A stretch of DNA of 64,000 nucleotides, from NCBI GenBank assembly GCA_964016885.1, contig OZ024742.1, forward strand, positions 240,684,001 to 240,748,000, in the 5' to 3' direction. The notes beneath the pieces were generated by a model, which was given only the letters and a program-made list of their open reading frames with translations, was not told where the DNA came from and searched no databases. The position numbers were made by a program, and so were the translations under genes. The DNA comes from Eledone cirrhosa. Taxonomy: Eukaryota. Shown piece after piece: positions 1 through 15,981 of the stretch. The stretch's first letter is position 1. The number at the start of each line of letters is the position of its first letter.

Positions 1-50
1 GACTGAGTGCTCTACCACTACGGATATTACATTACCTTCCAGTGTTCTAC

Positions 51-83
<33 letters not shown>

Positions 84-89
<6 letters not shown>

Positions 90-771
90 AATAGAGGTGT
101 AACACACAAGTTATGATATATTGGTAAACGGAAAAGAAAATGTTGACAAATTGTTCACAGTGAAAAATAGTTTAATTAGGAATAAGTGTGAATTAGTAAT
201 AGTATTGGTTAGTATTCAGTTTTGGTTTTAAGTTTTACCGGTTGCGCATTTCTAATGCTTTTCAAAAATAATTTTGAGATAGAGCGTCCGTGATGTTTGC
301 TCTAATCTGATTAGTTTTGGAAATTCTACCTGTTTTTATGTTAAAAAAGTGGCTCCAGCGGTATTAAAATAAGTTTTGCGCCAATTCGTGTTGCAAAAAT
401 TCTTGTGGTCAAAACAATTTTGATTGCTCGATAGAGGTCATGTGAATGTTAAAAATTGATTTTGCGCCAAATGTAGGTTTGTGTCGGCTGATTGAGAAGT
501 CACTGAAAAATAAGTCTTTCAAAACAAATATGTGTGTGTGTGTGTGTGTGTATTAGTAGTAAAGAGGTTCGTTGTTGTGATAATGGTCAGCAGGGATGTG
601 TGTGCGAACCGCAGCCTGTTGACAGTTCAAATGTCTATTGAGACAAGTGTGTGTGTGTGTGTAGCAGAGTAATTCGTGGTAGAGGGTTTGTCAGTAGGAA
701 TGTGTCTGTAAGTGTGTGGGGGATATTTTAACATGTTAAAAGATATTTTTCAGCTCTTGTCTTATACGGAG

Positions 772-830
<59 letters not shown>

Positions 831-845
831 TGTGTGTGCGTGTGT

Positions 846-893
<48 letters not shown>

Positions 894-1366
894 CTCTTTG
901 TATGTTAATGTGCGCATACACGTGTGTGTGTGTGTATGTGGGTGGACCAATAATTATTTTTGTGATACTGGTGAAATGGTGTACATTATTCGATATTTTC
1001 AGTAAAATCGATTCTCTCAATAGAACATCAAAAACCTTAATAATAAAAGGTGTGAAATGATATATAGTATTGGTATAATACCAAGGTGTGTGTGAGTGTG
1101 TCCAGATTGTACGTACTGCAAGGGGAATCCATTAGGCCTTGACGTATTGGAATACTTGTGTACAAATATGTATGTGCCCATCAGTGTGCAATGCATGTGT
1201 GCGTTTATATATGTGTGTGTGTCGGCACGTTTATATCTATAGACATCAAAAGGTATGCAAATTTGTGTATATTTGTGTTGCACCATAGAACATGTGTGTT
1301 TACGTATGTCATTGTGTTTATACGTGGGTAGAGATGTATGCTGATATAGGTATCTATGTTGACGTG
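84..1366 (-). mobile_element. 5'-truncated copy of the non-coding 3' tail of the Penelope-like element at 16032-20492
   Basis: Colinear and highly similar to 16032-17453; starts in a (TA)n tract. Confidence 0.85.
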
Positions 1367-1367
1367 A

Positions 1368-2152
<785 letters not shown>

Positions 2153-2225
2153 GTATGTATATATATATATATAAATGTATATATATATATGTATATATAC
2201 ATATATATATATCTATAAATGTATA

Positions 2226-2337
<112 letters not shown>

Positions 2338-2424
2338 TAATATATATATATGAAAGTTATTCCGGGTTGAATCGGAGGTAACCACAGTAAGTAAGGTACT
2401 CAATATATTAAAACATATATATAT

Positions 2425-2532
2425 ATAGTGGTAGAACACTGGAAGGTAATATCCGTAGTGGTAGAGCACTCAGTCCATGGGACGAGTTAGGTAGAAGTGA
2501 TTACACAACAGTTAGTTCACCATACGGAGAAC
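2425..2532 (-). mobile_element. Small non-autonomous element of the same family as 1-55 and 32198-32350
   Basis: 2425-2476 is the reverse complement of 1-55; 2492-2532 matches 32198-32238. Confidence 0.7.
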
Positions 2533-2806
2533 TCTACATCGGATTTTAACAGCAATTCCGGGAGTCCAGGTCTGGTTATCATTTATTTTTTATCATTTAT
2601 TTTGTTTTGACCTGTTTAGCTTGATTTGGTTTCTGGCTTGGGTGGTTAATGCTTTCTTGACCACCTTTTCAGTTTTGTATGGCTTCCTAACACATTGTTT
2701 AGCTCTGGTTTTTAACTATTGAGCACTTTGCAGTATCATTTCCGATTTTTGCGTTTCGCTTCGCTTTTCCTGCCCGCCGAAATGCGATTCTCGCTGAATC
2801 TTTATT

Positions 2807-2886
<80 letters not shown>

Positions 2887-2989
2887 TATATTTATATATA
2901 GTGAAAAATGGAACGGGAACAAAACAGAGAGGCAGTACGAACAAAGGTTTATTAGTTTCACGCTTTTGAGAGTGGGGTGGTGGTGGGGA

Positions 2990-3022
2990 ACGACGTTTCG
3001 GGCATAAGCCCTTCTTCAGACG
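2990..3022 (-). ncRNA. Minimal hammerhead-like motif in PLE 3' end
   Basis: CTGAAGA-a-gggc-ttat-gccc-GAAACGTC; core and stem II perfect, stem I weak (2 wobble pairs). Confidence 0.6.
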
Positions 3023-4536
3023 AAAAGTGTGTGCGAAGAGAGTTCCAAGGGTGTGTAGGGGAGTGGGGGAAAGACATTTAGAAAAAAAAGGGGGGGGGGA
3101 ACGGAGGAAAAACGGTGGAAATAAATATAAAAAAAATAAAAATAAAAATAAACATGAAAATAAACAAGTGGTGGAAGGGTGTGGGGCGTGTAGGGGTGGT
3201 GGCGGGTGGAGTGGGGAGAGGGAGGTGGGGTGTCCGAGCGGGGAGGGCTGAAGGTGGTGTGTGTGTTGGTGTACGTGTGTGTGTGTGTGTGTGTGTGTGA
3301 ATGTGAGAGTTGGGGGAAGAACGAGGTTCCATGTTCAGGAAAAGGTGTGGGTGTGTGGGGTGGAGTGTAGGTCGGTGTGTGTGTGCGCGTGTGGATGGGG
3401 AGGGGTCAAGGGGGGGGGGGTGAGAGGATTCCGGAGGCTGACTGTGTAAATATGTGTGTGGTGTTTATACGTATTGTGGATGTAGGTGGCGTGTGGGAAA
3501 AAAGATTTTTGTGAGTGTATGTTTGTGGGTAATTTCCTAAGGAAGTTCCGTAGAGGGTGTGGTGAGGGGGCGGATATTTTCCTTGTGATGGAGTTGATTG
3601 GTGGGAACGATGGCCAATGTGTGTAATCCGTGGTTGGGTTGGTCGGAAGAGGGGAGATGTGGGGTGCGCGCGCAACAGGAAGTGGTCAGAGGGTCAAGGC
3701 AGGAGGAGGGTAGAGAAGAATGACAGGTGGAGAGGGCTGTGTGTCTGTGTGTGCGGAGAAGTGGTCAGAGGGTCAAGGCATAGCAGCAGTAGAGGAGAAT
3801 GGTGGAGAAAGTCGGCGTGTCAGTGTGCGCGGATGTGCGGTGGACAGGGGAGAGGATGGGTAGGTGTGAAAGGTGGAGTGGGGAGAGTGTCATGCGGGGG
3901 GATGGCGTGTGTATTAGTAGAGGTGTTAGTGGGATGTGTGTGTGTGTGTGTGTGTGTGTGTGAAGGGGTGTGGGTGGAGCGGGGAGAGGGAGAGAAAGGT
4001 GTGGGGGACGATGGAGGGAGTGTAGCGTACTGGTGTGTGTGTTCGTGTTTGGATGAGTGTGTGTGTGATGAAGGGGGTGTTAGTGGGTGTTAGTATACTG
4101 GTGGTGGGGAAAGGGTTGAATGCGGGTGTGTTAGTGGGGGTTAGTGGTGGTAGAGTGTGAAGAGTGGGTGGTGTAAGTGGGTGTGGGTGGGTGTGTGAGT
4201 TCGTGCGCGTGGGGTCAGGGGGGATGTTAGTGGTATTAGTTGTGGGGTGGTGGGAGTGGATGTGTGGTTGAGGGTTAGTGGTGGTAGTAGGGTGTGTGGT
4301 TAGTGTGAGTGCGTGTATATATGTACCGGTGGGTGTGTGCGTGATAGGGGGATGGGGGATGGGGGAAGGGAGGGAAAAATATGTTAGTATTGTTAGTTGG
4401 GGGAGGTTGATCGGGGGTGGGGGTGTTAGTATTGTTAGTTGTGGGGTGGGCGGTGAAAAGGATGAGTGTGTTAGTGGTGTTAGTGGGGGGTTATGTGTGT
4501 GTGTGTGTGTCGGGGGGGGAACAGAGCGGTCGAAGG

Positions 4537-5642
4537 CTAAAGGAATAGAGGTGGGGAGTTCAGGCCGGGGGAAGTGTGGGTCTGTAGGGTGAAGATGGTG
4601 CGTTGTTCGACCCTGAGGAGGGTGGCGGGTGTTTCGTGGCATTGGAGTAGGCCACAGACTGTGAGGTGGTGCGCGGAATGTCCAGGGGAACCAAAGTGGC
4701 GGGTGATGGGGGAACTAGCGCCGAGACGAATATCCCGGAGGTGTTCGGTAAAACGGTCCGCCAGGCGACGTCCAGTCTGTCCGACGTAGGTTGCGCTACA
4801 CTCCGTGCAGCGAAGTCCATAGACTAGGTTGGAGGAGGTGCAGCGGAAGGCGTGCCGGACAGGGAGAGAGTGGCCGTTGGGACCCTGGAAGTTGGTGGTG
4901 TTGGTGATGTGGGGACAGGTGTTGCAACGAGGCCTGGAACAGGGAAGGGAACCGGGGGGGGGGGAGCGTGGGTTGAGGGGTAGGGAGCTGCGGACGAGGA
5001 GGGTGCGGAGATTGCGTGCACGTTTGAAGGAGGGGAATGGTGGGGATGGGAAGATGTGGGAGGTGGAGGGGTCGGACTGGAGGCGTCGGAAGAGGCGGAG
5101 GATGGTGCGGTGGAGGGGTAGGGTGGAGGAGTGGTAGGTGATAGGGAAGGGGAGACGGTGGGTGGGTGTGCGGTGGCGTGGGGTGAGGGTGGTGGAGCGG
5201 TGGACAGCACGGGCGCGAGTGAGGGCGGTGTGGACGACGACGACGACGACGGGGGGGGGGGGGGGGGGAGGGGGGGTAACCTCTGCGGATGAAATGGCTG
5301 GCTAGGGAAAGAGCCTGGGACTCAAATTCAGCATCTCGGCTGCAGAGGCGGCGGATCCTGAGGAGTTGGGAGTAGGGAATAGAGTGTTTAGTGTGTGTAG
5401 GGTGGGAGGAGGTGAAGTCGAGGTAGGAGTGGGCGTCGGTGGGTTTGAAGAAGGCGGAGGTGACGAGGGAGTGGTGGGAGGGGTCGAAGGCGACGGAGAT
5501 GTCTAAGAAGTGGACGTGGGTGGTGGAGATAGAGGTGGTGAAGTGGAGGGAGGGGTGGAAGGAGCAGAAGAAGGAGAGAAAGGAGTCGAGCTGTTCTCGG
5601 GTGAGGGTCATGGCTCCGATACAGTCGTCGATGTAACGACCA
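4537..5642 (-). pseudogene. PLE reverse transcriptase C-terminus plus GIY-YIG endonuclease, frameshifted
   Basis: RYIDDCIG, FLDISV, FKPTDAHSYLDFTSSHP; after the G-run frameshift (~5250-5277): PCSRPRCNTC, CTSSNLVYGLRCTECSATYVGQTGRRLADRFTEH; stop at 4537-4539. Confidence 0.9.
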
Positions 5643-6261
5643 TATATACATATATAACTTTTTCTCAATTTATTAAATATTTTTAATCCTTTTTAATTTA
5701 ATTTTATCGTATTATTACATTATTTTATTATTTATTATCATTTATTATTATTTTATTATACTTTTTTATATTACTTTATTCTATTTTAATTTATTTTTAG
5801 TATATTTTTTATTTAATTATTTTATTTTATTTTATTTTATTTTACTTCATTTCATTTTATTATATTATCTCTATTATTAGTTTTTATCTTTATATTTTTT
5901 TATTATTTTAGTATAATTTATATTATGTTTTAACATTTGCCTGTATTTCTTTATGTATTTTTTATGTATTTTTTATGTATTTTTTATATATTTCTTATGT
6001 ATTTTTTAAATGTATTTTTATGTATTTATTATGTACTATTTAATGCTTTCACACTTTTTGATTTTACATTCTACATTTTTGAGTGCCATCTACTGTGTCT
6101 TCAGCTTGTTAAATCCAATTGTACCTTGGTATTTTGCAGTGATGCTTAGTAACCCCAGTATGAACCTCTTTGTTAGCTATCTCCAATCCCCCTATTATTT
6201 TTTCTGATTGTTCGTGTGACTAAGTTATTGTGGAGCTTATACTCAATACGGTATTTGTTTA

Positions 6262-6306
6262 GCTCTGATGATTCCTGCCTAAAGGTGAGGATAAAACATT
6301 GTTAGT
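6262..6306 (+). ncRNA. Degenerate hammerhead (GAAA mutated to AAAA) followed by AATAAA
   Basis: gct-CTGATGA-t-tcct...agga-t-AAAAC-attGTT-agt. Confidence 0.4.
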
Positions 6307-6449
6307 GAATAAAGACTGTTTGAGTATGTAAGCGTTCTTTGGTTTCTTTTGCATATAACGACTCTGTCTACGTACATTGAGCTAACACAATACTGCAATA
6401 ATACAGTACGGTGAGTAAGTGTTTATGCACACACGCTCCGCACTTTACG

Positions 6450-6519
<70 letters not shown>

Positions 6520-6996
6520 AGATATGATATAATCTTTTGTTGAATAAGTCATTTCGTTTACATTTGACAGAGAAAAAAGTTAAGTAGCATCCCACACTAC
6601 ACTCACTCTACTTACTTCCGTTTGAACCCGAGACACGATATTTTCTTTACATTTACCATACCTACGCTTTCTACATACACACACTGCAGTGAAAGGAAAA
6701 CAAAAGGTCATGCTCACGCAGCAGACGTGAAAATTGTTTAGATCAAGTGATGCCTGTGTTCGAAGCTTTTTTAAAGTAAAGAAAGGTGTTGCACTGGACC
6801 AATCCCACTCTCTGAACAACTGTGACAGGTATCCAAGAAGAACAGGTCAACATCATTGGCTGCCATTGAGTCACAAGTTTTACATCAGAGATTTCCTTCT
6901 AGAATGATGTCCTAAAAATACTAGGATCGCTCACTCCCGGTGGACTAATCCACACATATATATTTAGATATATACGCAGTCATGTATAATATGTTT

Positions 6997-7058
<62 letters not shown>

Positions 7059-7405
7059 CTCATATGTATATGCATATGTGGATATTTGTATGTATGTATG
7101 TATGTATGTATGTATGTATGTATGTATGTATGTATGTATGTATGTATGTATGTATGTATGTATGTATGTATGTATGTATGTATGCATGTATGCATGTGTG
7201 TATGTGTGTAAGTATGTATGTATGTATGTATGTATGTATGTATGTATGTATGTATGTATGTATGCATGTATGCATGTGTGTATGTGTGTAAGTATGTATG
7301 TATGTATGTATGTATGTATGTATGTATGTATGTATGTGTGTATGTATGTATGCATGTATGTATGTATGTATGTATGTATGTATGTATGTATGTATGTATG
7401 TATGT

Positions 7406-8011
7406 CAGGTCACCAGTTGGTGCTACTGGTAACATGTATCCCAGTACAACCTGTCCCATGGTCGGGTCGTTGGCGACTAAACTGGCAACCCCACCAAGGT
7501 TTCTTGGTGAGGAGGGTGACTTTGGACATCCTGCAGGACTAAAAACAAAACCTGTCAAAGGGCAAAGGAGCTCTTAAGAGTCAATGGCCATCCAAAATCA
7601 CCGGGAGAGATGACCCCTTAGCCTTTGTCAAGGTAGAATTCTAGGAGAAGGAAAACTCTGATATAACACCTGCAACCCTGATGGTATCCAATGATGTTGA
7701 CGTGTTCTGCTTTTTGGTAAATATCATCTTGGTTAAGAGAGTGGGACTGGCTTTGTGCAGTGCCTTTGTTCACTATAAAAGCTTCACGGCACAGGCATTG
7801 CTTTATATCTGGAGATCTCTCTGCACTTGTCGTCACATGGTACCATGGGCCTAGCACTATGTGTCAATAATTGTCACAAGTGTAGTGTTTGTACCAGAGT
7901 TTTCAAGTCGCTGGCTGGACTAAAGTCACATTCGTTCAGCGCATCGGTAGGAGTTCTCCTACATGGATATAAAGTAGTGGCCATACTCGAAAACGAGTTG
8001 GCAGCCACCAT
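7406..8011 (+). mobile_element. Non-autonomous bipartite RTE-derived element within (TATG)n
   Basis: 3' part encodes remnant HKCSVCTRVFKSLAGLKSH, resembling the C-terminal zinc finger of the RTE at 25440-25508; 7833-8011 repeats at 25623-25803; structured 5' part. Confidence 0.6.
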
Positions 8012-8384
8012 ATGTATGTATGTGTGTATGTATGCATGTTTGTATGTATGTATGTGTGTATGTATGTATGTGTATGTATGTAAGTATGTATGCGTGTCAG
8101 TATGTATGTATAGATGTTTTCGATAGATTGTGGTAGCGGTGGGTAAGTATCCATAGTAACAAGGGCAGCAAACGTTTGAGACCACCATGTTTGAAATATT
8201 ATCAACTGTACAAACAAATGTTTCACAAAACACAATAGAAATCAGATGAACATCTTAGTGCGAATCTTGTGTACATCAGTGTATGTGGGTCTTTGTATTT
8301 TGTGTGTAAAGGCCTGCCTTTGTAATGCTGTTTGTGTGTGTAGGTTCCTTTGAATATTTTTGATAACGCGTCGAGATATGGTTG

Positions 8385-10972
8385 AGGTGGCGGTGATGCT
8401 GGTGGTGGTGATGGTGGTGATAGTGGTGGTGATGGTGGTGGTGGTGGTGGTGGTGGTGGTGATGGTGGTGGTGGTGGTGGTGGTGATGGTGGTGATGGTG
8501 GTGATGGTGGTGGTGATGGTGATGGTGGCGGTGGTGGTGATGGTGGTGGTGATGGTGGTGGTGATGGTGGTGATGGTGGTGATGGTGGTGGCGGTGGTGG
8601 TGGTGATGGTGGTGGTGATGGTGGTAGTGGTGGTGGTGGTGATGGTGGTGGTGGTGGTGGTGGTGATGGTGGTGGTGGTGGTGATGGTGGCGGTGGTGGT
8701 GATGCTGGTGGTGGTGATGGTGGTGGTGATGGTGTTGGTGGTGGTGGTGGTGGTGATGGTGGTGGTGATGGTGGTGGTGGTGGTGGTGGTGGTGATGGTG
8801 GTGATGGTGGTGGTGGTGGTGATGGTGGTGGTGATTGTGGTGATGGCGGTGATGGTGGTGATGGTGGTGATGGCGGTGATGGTGGTGGCGGTGGTGGTGG
8901 TGATGGTGGTGGTGATGGTGGTGGTGGTGGTGGTGGTGATGGTGGTGGTGGTGGTGGTGATGGTGGTGATGGCGGTGATGGTGGTGGTGGTGATGGTGGT
9001 GATGGTGGTGGTGATGGTGGTGGTGGTGGTGGTGATGGTGATGGTGGTGGTGGTGGTGATGGTGGTGATGGCGGTGATGGTGGTGGCGGTGGTGGTGGTG
9101 ATGGTGGTGGTGATGGTGGTGGTGGTGGTGGTGATGGTGATGGTGGTGGTGGTGGTGATGGTGGTGATGGCGGTGATGGTGGTGGCGGTGGTGGTGGTGA
9201 TGGTGGTGGTGATGGTGGTGGTGGTGGTGGTGGTGGTGATGGTGGTGGTGATGGCGGTGATGGTGGTGGCGGTGGTGGTGGTGATGGTGGTGGTGATGGT
9301 GGTGGTGGTGGTGGTGATGGTGGTGGTGATGGTGGTGGTGGTGGTGGTGGTGATGGTGGTGATGGTGGTGATGGTGGTGGCGGTGGTGGTGATGCTGGTG
9401 GTGGTGATGGTGGTGATAGTGGTGGTGGTGGTGGTGGTGATGGTGGTGATGGTGGTGATGGTGGTGGCGGTGGTGGTGGTGATGGTGGTGGTGATGGTGG
9501 TGGTGGTGGTGGTGGTGATGGTGGTGGTGATGGTGGTGGTGGTGGTGGTGGTGATGGTGGTGATGGTGGTGATGGTGGTGGAGGTGGTGGTGATGCTGGT
9601 GGTGGTGATGGTGGTGGTGATGGTGGTGGTGATGGTGGTGGTGGTGATGGTGGTGGTGGTGATGGTGGTGATAGTGGTGGTGATGGTGGTGGTGGTGGTG
9701 ATGGTGGTGATCGTGGTGATGCTGGTGGTGGTGATGGTGGTGATAGTGGTGGTGATGGTGGTGGTGGTGGTGATGGTGGTGATGATGGTGATGCTGGTGG
9801 TGGTGATGGTGGTGATAGTGGTGGTGATGGTGGTGATGGTGGTGATGCTGGTGGTGGTGATGGTGGTGATAGTGGTGGTGATGGTGGTGATGGTGGTGAT
9901 GCTGGTGGTGGTGATGGTGGTGATAGTGGTGGTGATAGTGGTGGTGATGGTGGTGGTGATGGTGGTGGTGGTGATGGTGGTGATGGTGGTGATAGTGGTG
10001 GTCGTGATGGTGGTGGTGGTGGTGGTGATGGTGGTGATGGTGGTGGTGATGGTGGTGGTGATGGTGGTGGTGGTGATGGTGGTGGTGGTGATGGTGGTGA
10101 TAGTGGTGATGGTGGTGGTGATAGTGGTGATGGTGGTGATGCTGGTGGTGGTGATGGTGGTGATAGTGGTGGTGATGGTGGTGGTGGCGATGGTGTTGGT
10201 GGTGGTGGTGGTGGCGGTGATGGTGATGGTGGTGGTGATGGTGGTGATAGTGGTGGTGATGGTGGTGGTGGTGGCGATGGTGTTGGTGATGGTGGTGGTG
10301 GTGATGGTGGTGGCGGTCGTGGTGATGGTGGTGGTGGTGGTGGTAATGTTGGTGATGGTGGTGGCGGTCGTGGTGATGGTGGTGGTGATGGTGGTGGTGA
10401 TGGTGGTGGTGGTGGTGATGGTCGTGGCGGTCGTGGTGATAGTGGTGATGGTGGTGATGGTGGTGATGGTGGTGATGGTGGTAGGGATGTTGGTGGTGGT
10501 GGTGATGGTGGTGGTGATGGTGGTGATGGTGGTGGCGGTCGTGGTGATGGTGGTGGTGATGGTGGTGATAGTGGGGGTGATGGTGTTGGTGGTGGCGATG
10601 GTAGTGGTGGTGGCGGTGGTGGTGGTGGCGATGGCGGTGATGGTGATGGTGGTGGTGATGGTGGTGATAGTGGTGGTGATGATGGTGGTGGTGGCGATGG
10701 TGTTGGTGATGGTGGTGGTGGCGGTGGTGGTGATGGTGGTTATCGTGATGGTGGCGATGGTGGTGGTCGTGATGGTGGTGGCGGTGGTGGCAGTGATGGT
10801 GGTGGTGATGGTAATGGTGAAGGTGGTGGCGATGGTGGTGATGGTGGTGGTGGTGGTGGTGATGGTGGTGGTGGTGATGTTGGCGGTGATGGTGGTGGTG
10901 GTGGTGGTGGTGATGATGATGGTGGTGATGGTGGTGCTAATGGTGGTGATAGTGGTGGTGATGGTGGTGGTT
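8385..10972. repeat. 2.6-kb degenerate (GGT/GAT)n trinucleotide repeat
   Basis: Direct reading; source of the 1198-aa and 890-aa artefact ORFs. Confidence 0.95.
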
Positions 10973-11476
10973 GGGGGTTTGTGTGTAAAAGAAAGCATAT
11001 ATGTGTACAGGTCTATGACAATGAATTTATGAAAGGGTGAAGGATAAATAAGAAAGTGAGAGAGTGAATGGTTGGGCGAAGGTGATAAGAGAGATATAGA
11101 TATTGATAGCTTTATAGTGATATGAATAGAGAGAGTGAGATTGAGACAGATAGATAAAGAGAGAGGGAAAGAGAAAGAGAGAGAGAGAGAGAGAGCGAAA
11201 GAGAGAGGGAGAGAGAGGCGGAGAAAGAGGGAAAAGAAAAAATGCGTAGGAAGTGTCACAGAAGTGAAAGAATCTTCCATGTATATATATATATATATAT
11301 ATGTGTGTGTGGGTGTGTGTGGGTGTGGGTGCGTGTGTGTATGTATGTGTGTGTGTGTGTATATATGTATATATATGTGTATATATATGTATATATATAT
11401 GTGTATATATATATGAATATATATATGTATATATATATGTGTATATATATGTATATATATATATAAGTATATATAC

Positions 11477-11582
<106 letters not shown>

Positions 11583-11877
11583 AAAAATCAAAGAGAAAGA
11601 TATAGTGAGACGTAGGGAAGGAGATATATATATAAATAGATAGAGAGAAAAGAGGGAAAAGAAGAGAGACTAAATGAGAGATAGAAAGATTGTAAGTCTG
11701 AGAGACGAGAAAAACATGAAAGCTAGAACAAAATACTGAAAGATAAGAGAAATAGATTGAGTAATAGAGAGATAAAATACATAAATAAATGACTATATAC
11801 GAGTATATATCTATACACACACACACATACACACACACATATACACATATTAATACATATATTAAAAAAAAAATGAA

Positions 11878-11915
<38 letters not shown>

Positions 11916-12098
11916 ACCTTCTTTCGCCCCCTCTGTCAGTTACACTTTCTCTCGACTGACCTGTTCCTCGCAATTCCACTCACTCACTCTCTGTTTCTCC
12001 CCTTCGCACTTCCTCCCGTTTGGCTAGTAGTGGGGTCTTTTCTTGCTCACATCTCACTCACGTCGGACGGTCTGTCACCCGATCGCTCATGAAATCCA

Positions 12099-12372
12099 CC
12101 CAGATTATGCTGACCGGACAACCATGTTGCTTGTTTATTTTCCTATCTTTGCGTTGCTTTTATCCTTCTATGTTGTTTACTTGTCCCACTCGCTTTACGC
12201 GATTTACTTGTCCCAATAGCTTTATTTAGCTATTGCTCGCACCAACCTGAGGTATATGATTTTTAATGTGATGTAATATCAATGATGGTTGGCAAATCAC
12301 TGAGGAGGGACTAATTTTATCATATGTAACACATGTGCAACCACGCAGTATTCTTCTTTCTTCTCATGTTTA
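12099..12372. repeat. Dispersed repeat, second copy at 41281-41553
   Basis: Shared acccag.ttatgctgaccggacaaccatgttgc...ttctttcttctcatgttt; both end in (TA)n. Confidence 0.8.
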
Positions 12373-12417
12373 TATATATATATATACATACATACATATA
12401 TAAATTTTTAAAGATGA

Positions 12418-12497
<80 letters not shown>

Positions 12498-12577
12498 CTT
12501 TAGGTTTGTTGGTCAGTCGTCCTCTTTGTCTCTCATTTTTCGGACCCATGGATTTTACATATTCCTTTATATTTCGA

Positions 12578-12635
12578 ATACCTGATGAAATCACCGGATT
12601 CATATGGAACCCGGTCATTGAAATGATCATAGTAT
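12578..12635 (+). ncRNA. Type I hammerhead ribozyme in a ~180-bp insert between (TA)n tracts
   Basis: atac-CTGATGA-aat.accgg...ccggt.att-GAAA-tgatcATA^gtat then AATAAA; palindromic ATGATCAT stem III. Confidence 0.85.
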
Positions 12636-12673
12636 AATAAACTTTCAAGGATTTACACCAGTCCAGCCTCCTG

Positions 12674-12729
<56 letters not shown>

Positions 12730-12778
12730 TTATATATATATATATATATAAATATAAAAATATATATATTTAAAAAAA

Positions 12779-12991
12779 TAGAGGTGTGACACACAAGTAG
12801 TGATATATTAGTAAAAAGGAAAAGAAAATGCTGACAAACTTTTCCCAGTGAAAAATAGTTTAATTAGGAATAAGTATAAGTTAGTAATAAGTATTAGTTA
12901 GTATTCAGTTTTAGTTTTAAGTTTTTACCGGTTCCGCATTTCTTATGCTTTTCAAAAATAATTTTGAGATAGAGTGCTCGTGATTTTTGCT

Positions 12992-12995
<4 letters not shown>
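12779..12995 (-). mobile_element. Short diverged copy of the PLE terminus seen at 84-303 and 20275-20490
   Basis: Sequence similarity; between (TA)n tracts. Confidence 0.8.
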
Positions 12996-13917
<922 letters not shown>

Positions 13918-14057
13918 GGTTATGCACGAGTGCATTAATGTTTTCCAGGACAGGGTGTTATGTACCGTGTAGTGGAATGTCAGCTTACAACAGAGTGGTG
14001 CTCAACGAAATGCAGAAAAAAGGTGTATATTCCAGTTTAGCTATATTCCGGGGCGTG

Positions 14058-14134
14058 TATAAAGAATTAAAAAGAACAGAAAGATGCAGTAAAAGAGATT
14101 TCTCTTTTACTGCATCTTTCTGTTCTTTTTAATT

Positions 14135-14141
<7 letters not shown>
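14058..14141. repeat. Perfect palindrome (41-bp arms) abutting (TA)n
   Basis: tataaagaatt...aaaagaga-tt-tctctttt...aattctttata. Confidence 0.95.
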
Positions 14142-14175
<34 letters not shown>

Positions 14176-14240
14176 CATGTGTGTAGGTGTGATGTGTGGT
14201 GCGTAGATAGATATATAGATTGACAGAGAAACACATGCGT

Positions 14241-14355
<115 letters not shown>

Positions 14356-14697
14356 ATGAAAGATATATGAGAATGAAACAAAATAGGAAACGTTACAAAA
14401 GAATATGAAGAGGGAAACGTCTATGCAAAAGGTTATATAAATCTTACCACATAAAAGTTTGAAGGTATTGCATAGACTGGCAACAGTGTTAACTGTGGTC
14501 CACTCTATATATGGACGCATGCTCTTTTCACGTTTTCCAATTGTTTGTTTAGCCACACATACACATATATATTCGTACCAACACAATCATACATACACAG
14601 ACACATGCACACTGACAAGCGTAAGAACAGAGAAACTTTGCTATTTATCTCTACAGTAACGCTACGCGCTCCTTCTTTTATTACACACACACACACG

Positions 14698-14744
<47 letters not shown>

Positions 14745-14887
14745 GTGAAGAATAAAATAATAAAGAGTTGCACTTAATGGTCTTTTTTATATATGCATGC
14801 AAATTTGTTCTCTACAGAAGCACGCTGGTTGAGTGTTTTTAGCGTATATTCAATTTTTCAATTTCGAATATCCTGCTAAAATGTTCC

Positions 14888-15281
14888 CTAACAATTGTCA
14901 GGTTTAGCTTACCTCCTCTTTGGGGAGAAGTCTCATATCACTACAAGTCTAGGTTTACTACTATATTTGTGGTGACAACGATTGGACGCGTACTAGTCAG
15001 TTAAACATGCCTTTCCATTCGTGGAAGGCTAGCATCCGCTGACGAAGCAATTCGAGCTAAATTACGTAAGATCTGTTGATATTACTTAACTACTGTGAAT
15101 AGTGGTTCTAGTTGGATCTATTGTTGACAGACCGGAATCAAGAAACGAATGGAAAAGCCTGTTTAACCGATTACTACACGCCCAGTCGTTGTCACTACAA
15201 ATATAGTAGTAAACATAGACTTGTAGTGACACGCTACTTCCCCCACCAAAGAGGAGGCAAGCCAAACCTGACCATTGTTAG
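14888..15281. repeat. Diverged inverted repeat (~135-bp arms)
   Basis: 14888-15022 is approximately the reverse complement of 15145-15281. Confidence 0.85.
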
Positions 15282-15981
15282 TGACTATCCCATCTGTTTA
15301 CCCTGCGAGGGAGGTAACCCCGGTTTTTAGCAGATGCATTCAAAATATGTAAAATTATTGCAAGTATTGCAAAAAACTGCACAAATCGAAGTAAGCTCTC
15401 GACCGGGTTGTTTTTAAATAAACTTAAGCAATTAATTAGTTAATAGAATTGTCTAATAGAATTAACTAATTAATAGCTAGGCCCGGGAGATTAATACAAA
15501 TATAATTTCAGCGAGATCGTATTTCAGCGGTGGCCAAAAACAAAGCGAAACGCAATCTTCGAGATAAGCGGCAAGCGCTCAATGGACTAAAAGAAGACCA
15601 GAGCAATTAACATACGTTATAGAGGCCAGACAAAATGAAAACGGTGGTCGTGAAGCTATCAGCCACCGGAGCCCAAAAAACGAAGCAAGCTAAAGAAATT
15701 AACAAAAAAATTTACCTTGACCTCCTGGAAATTGTTGGTATAATCCAGTGGGAGGTTTCTGTGACACCTAAATCATTTATACTGCCTGCTTTTGTTGTAA
15801 GCTTTTGGTATAACGACCGAACAAGGCTGCCATTTCGTCAACAGGTATTTTGTTCTCAGCTGGCCAGCGGGTTCCAATGCCGCAGTAATGGTGGAGTGAC
15901 TACCCTACGTGTTTACCCTGCAAGGGAGGTAACCCCGGTTTTTGTGCGGATACATTCAAAATGTGCAAAATTATTGCAAGA

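Larger units (their letters stand above)
2930..5642 (-). mobile_element. 5'-truncated Penelope-like retroelement (Neptune-like) with long CA-rich 3' UTR
   Basis: RT-end, Zn-knuckle and GIY-YIG coding remnant; HHR-like motif near the 3' end; (TA)n downstream. Confidence 0.85.
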
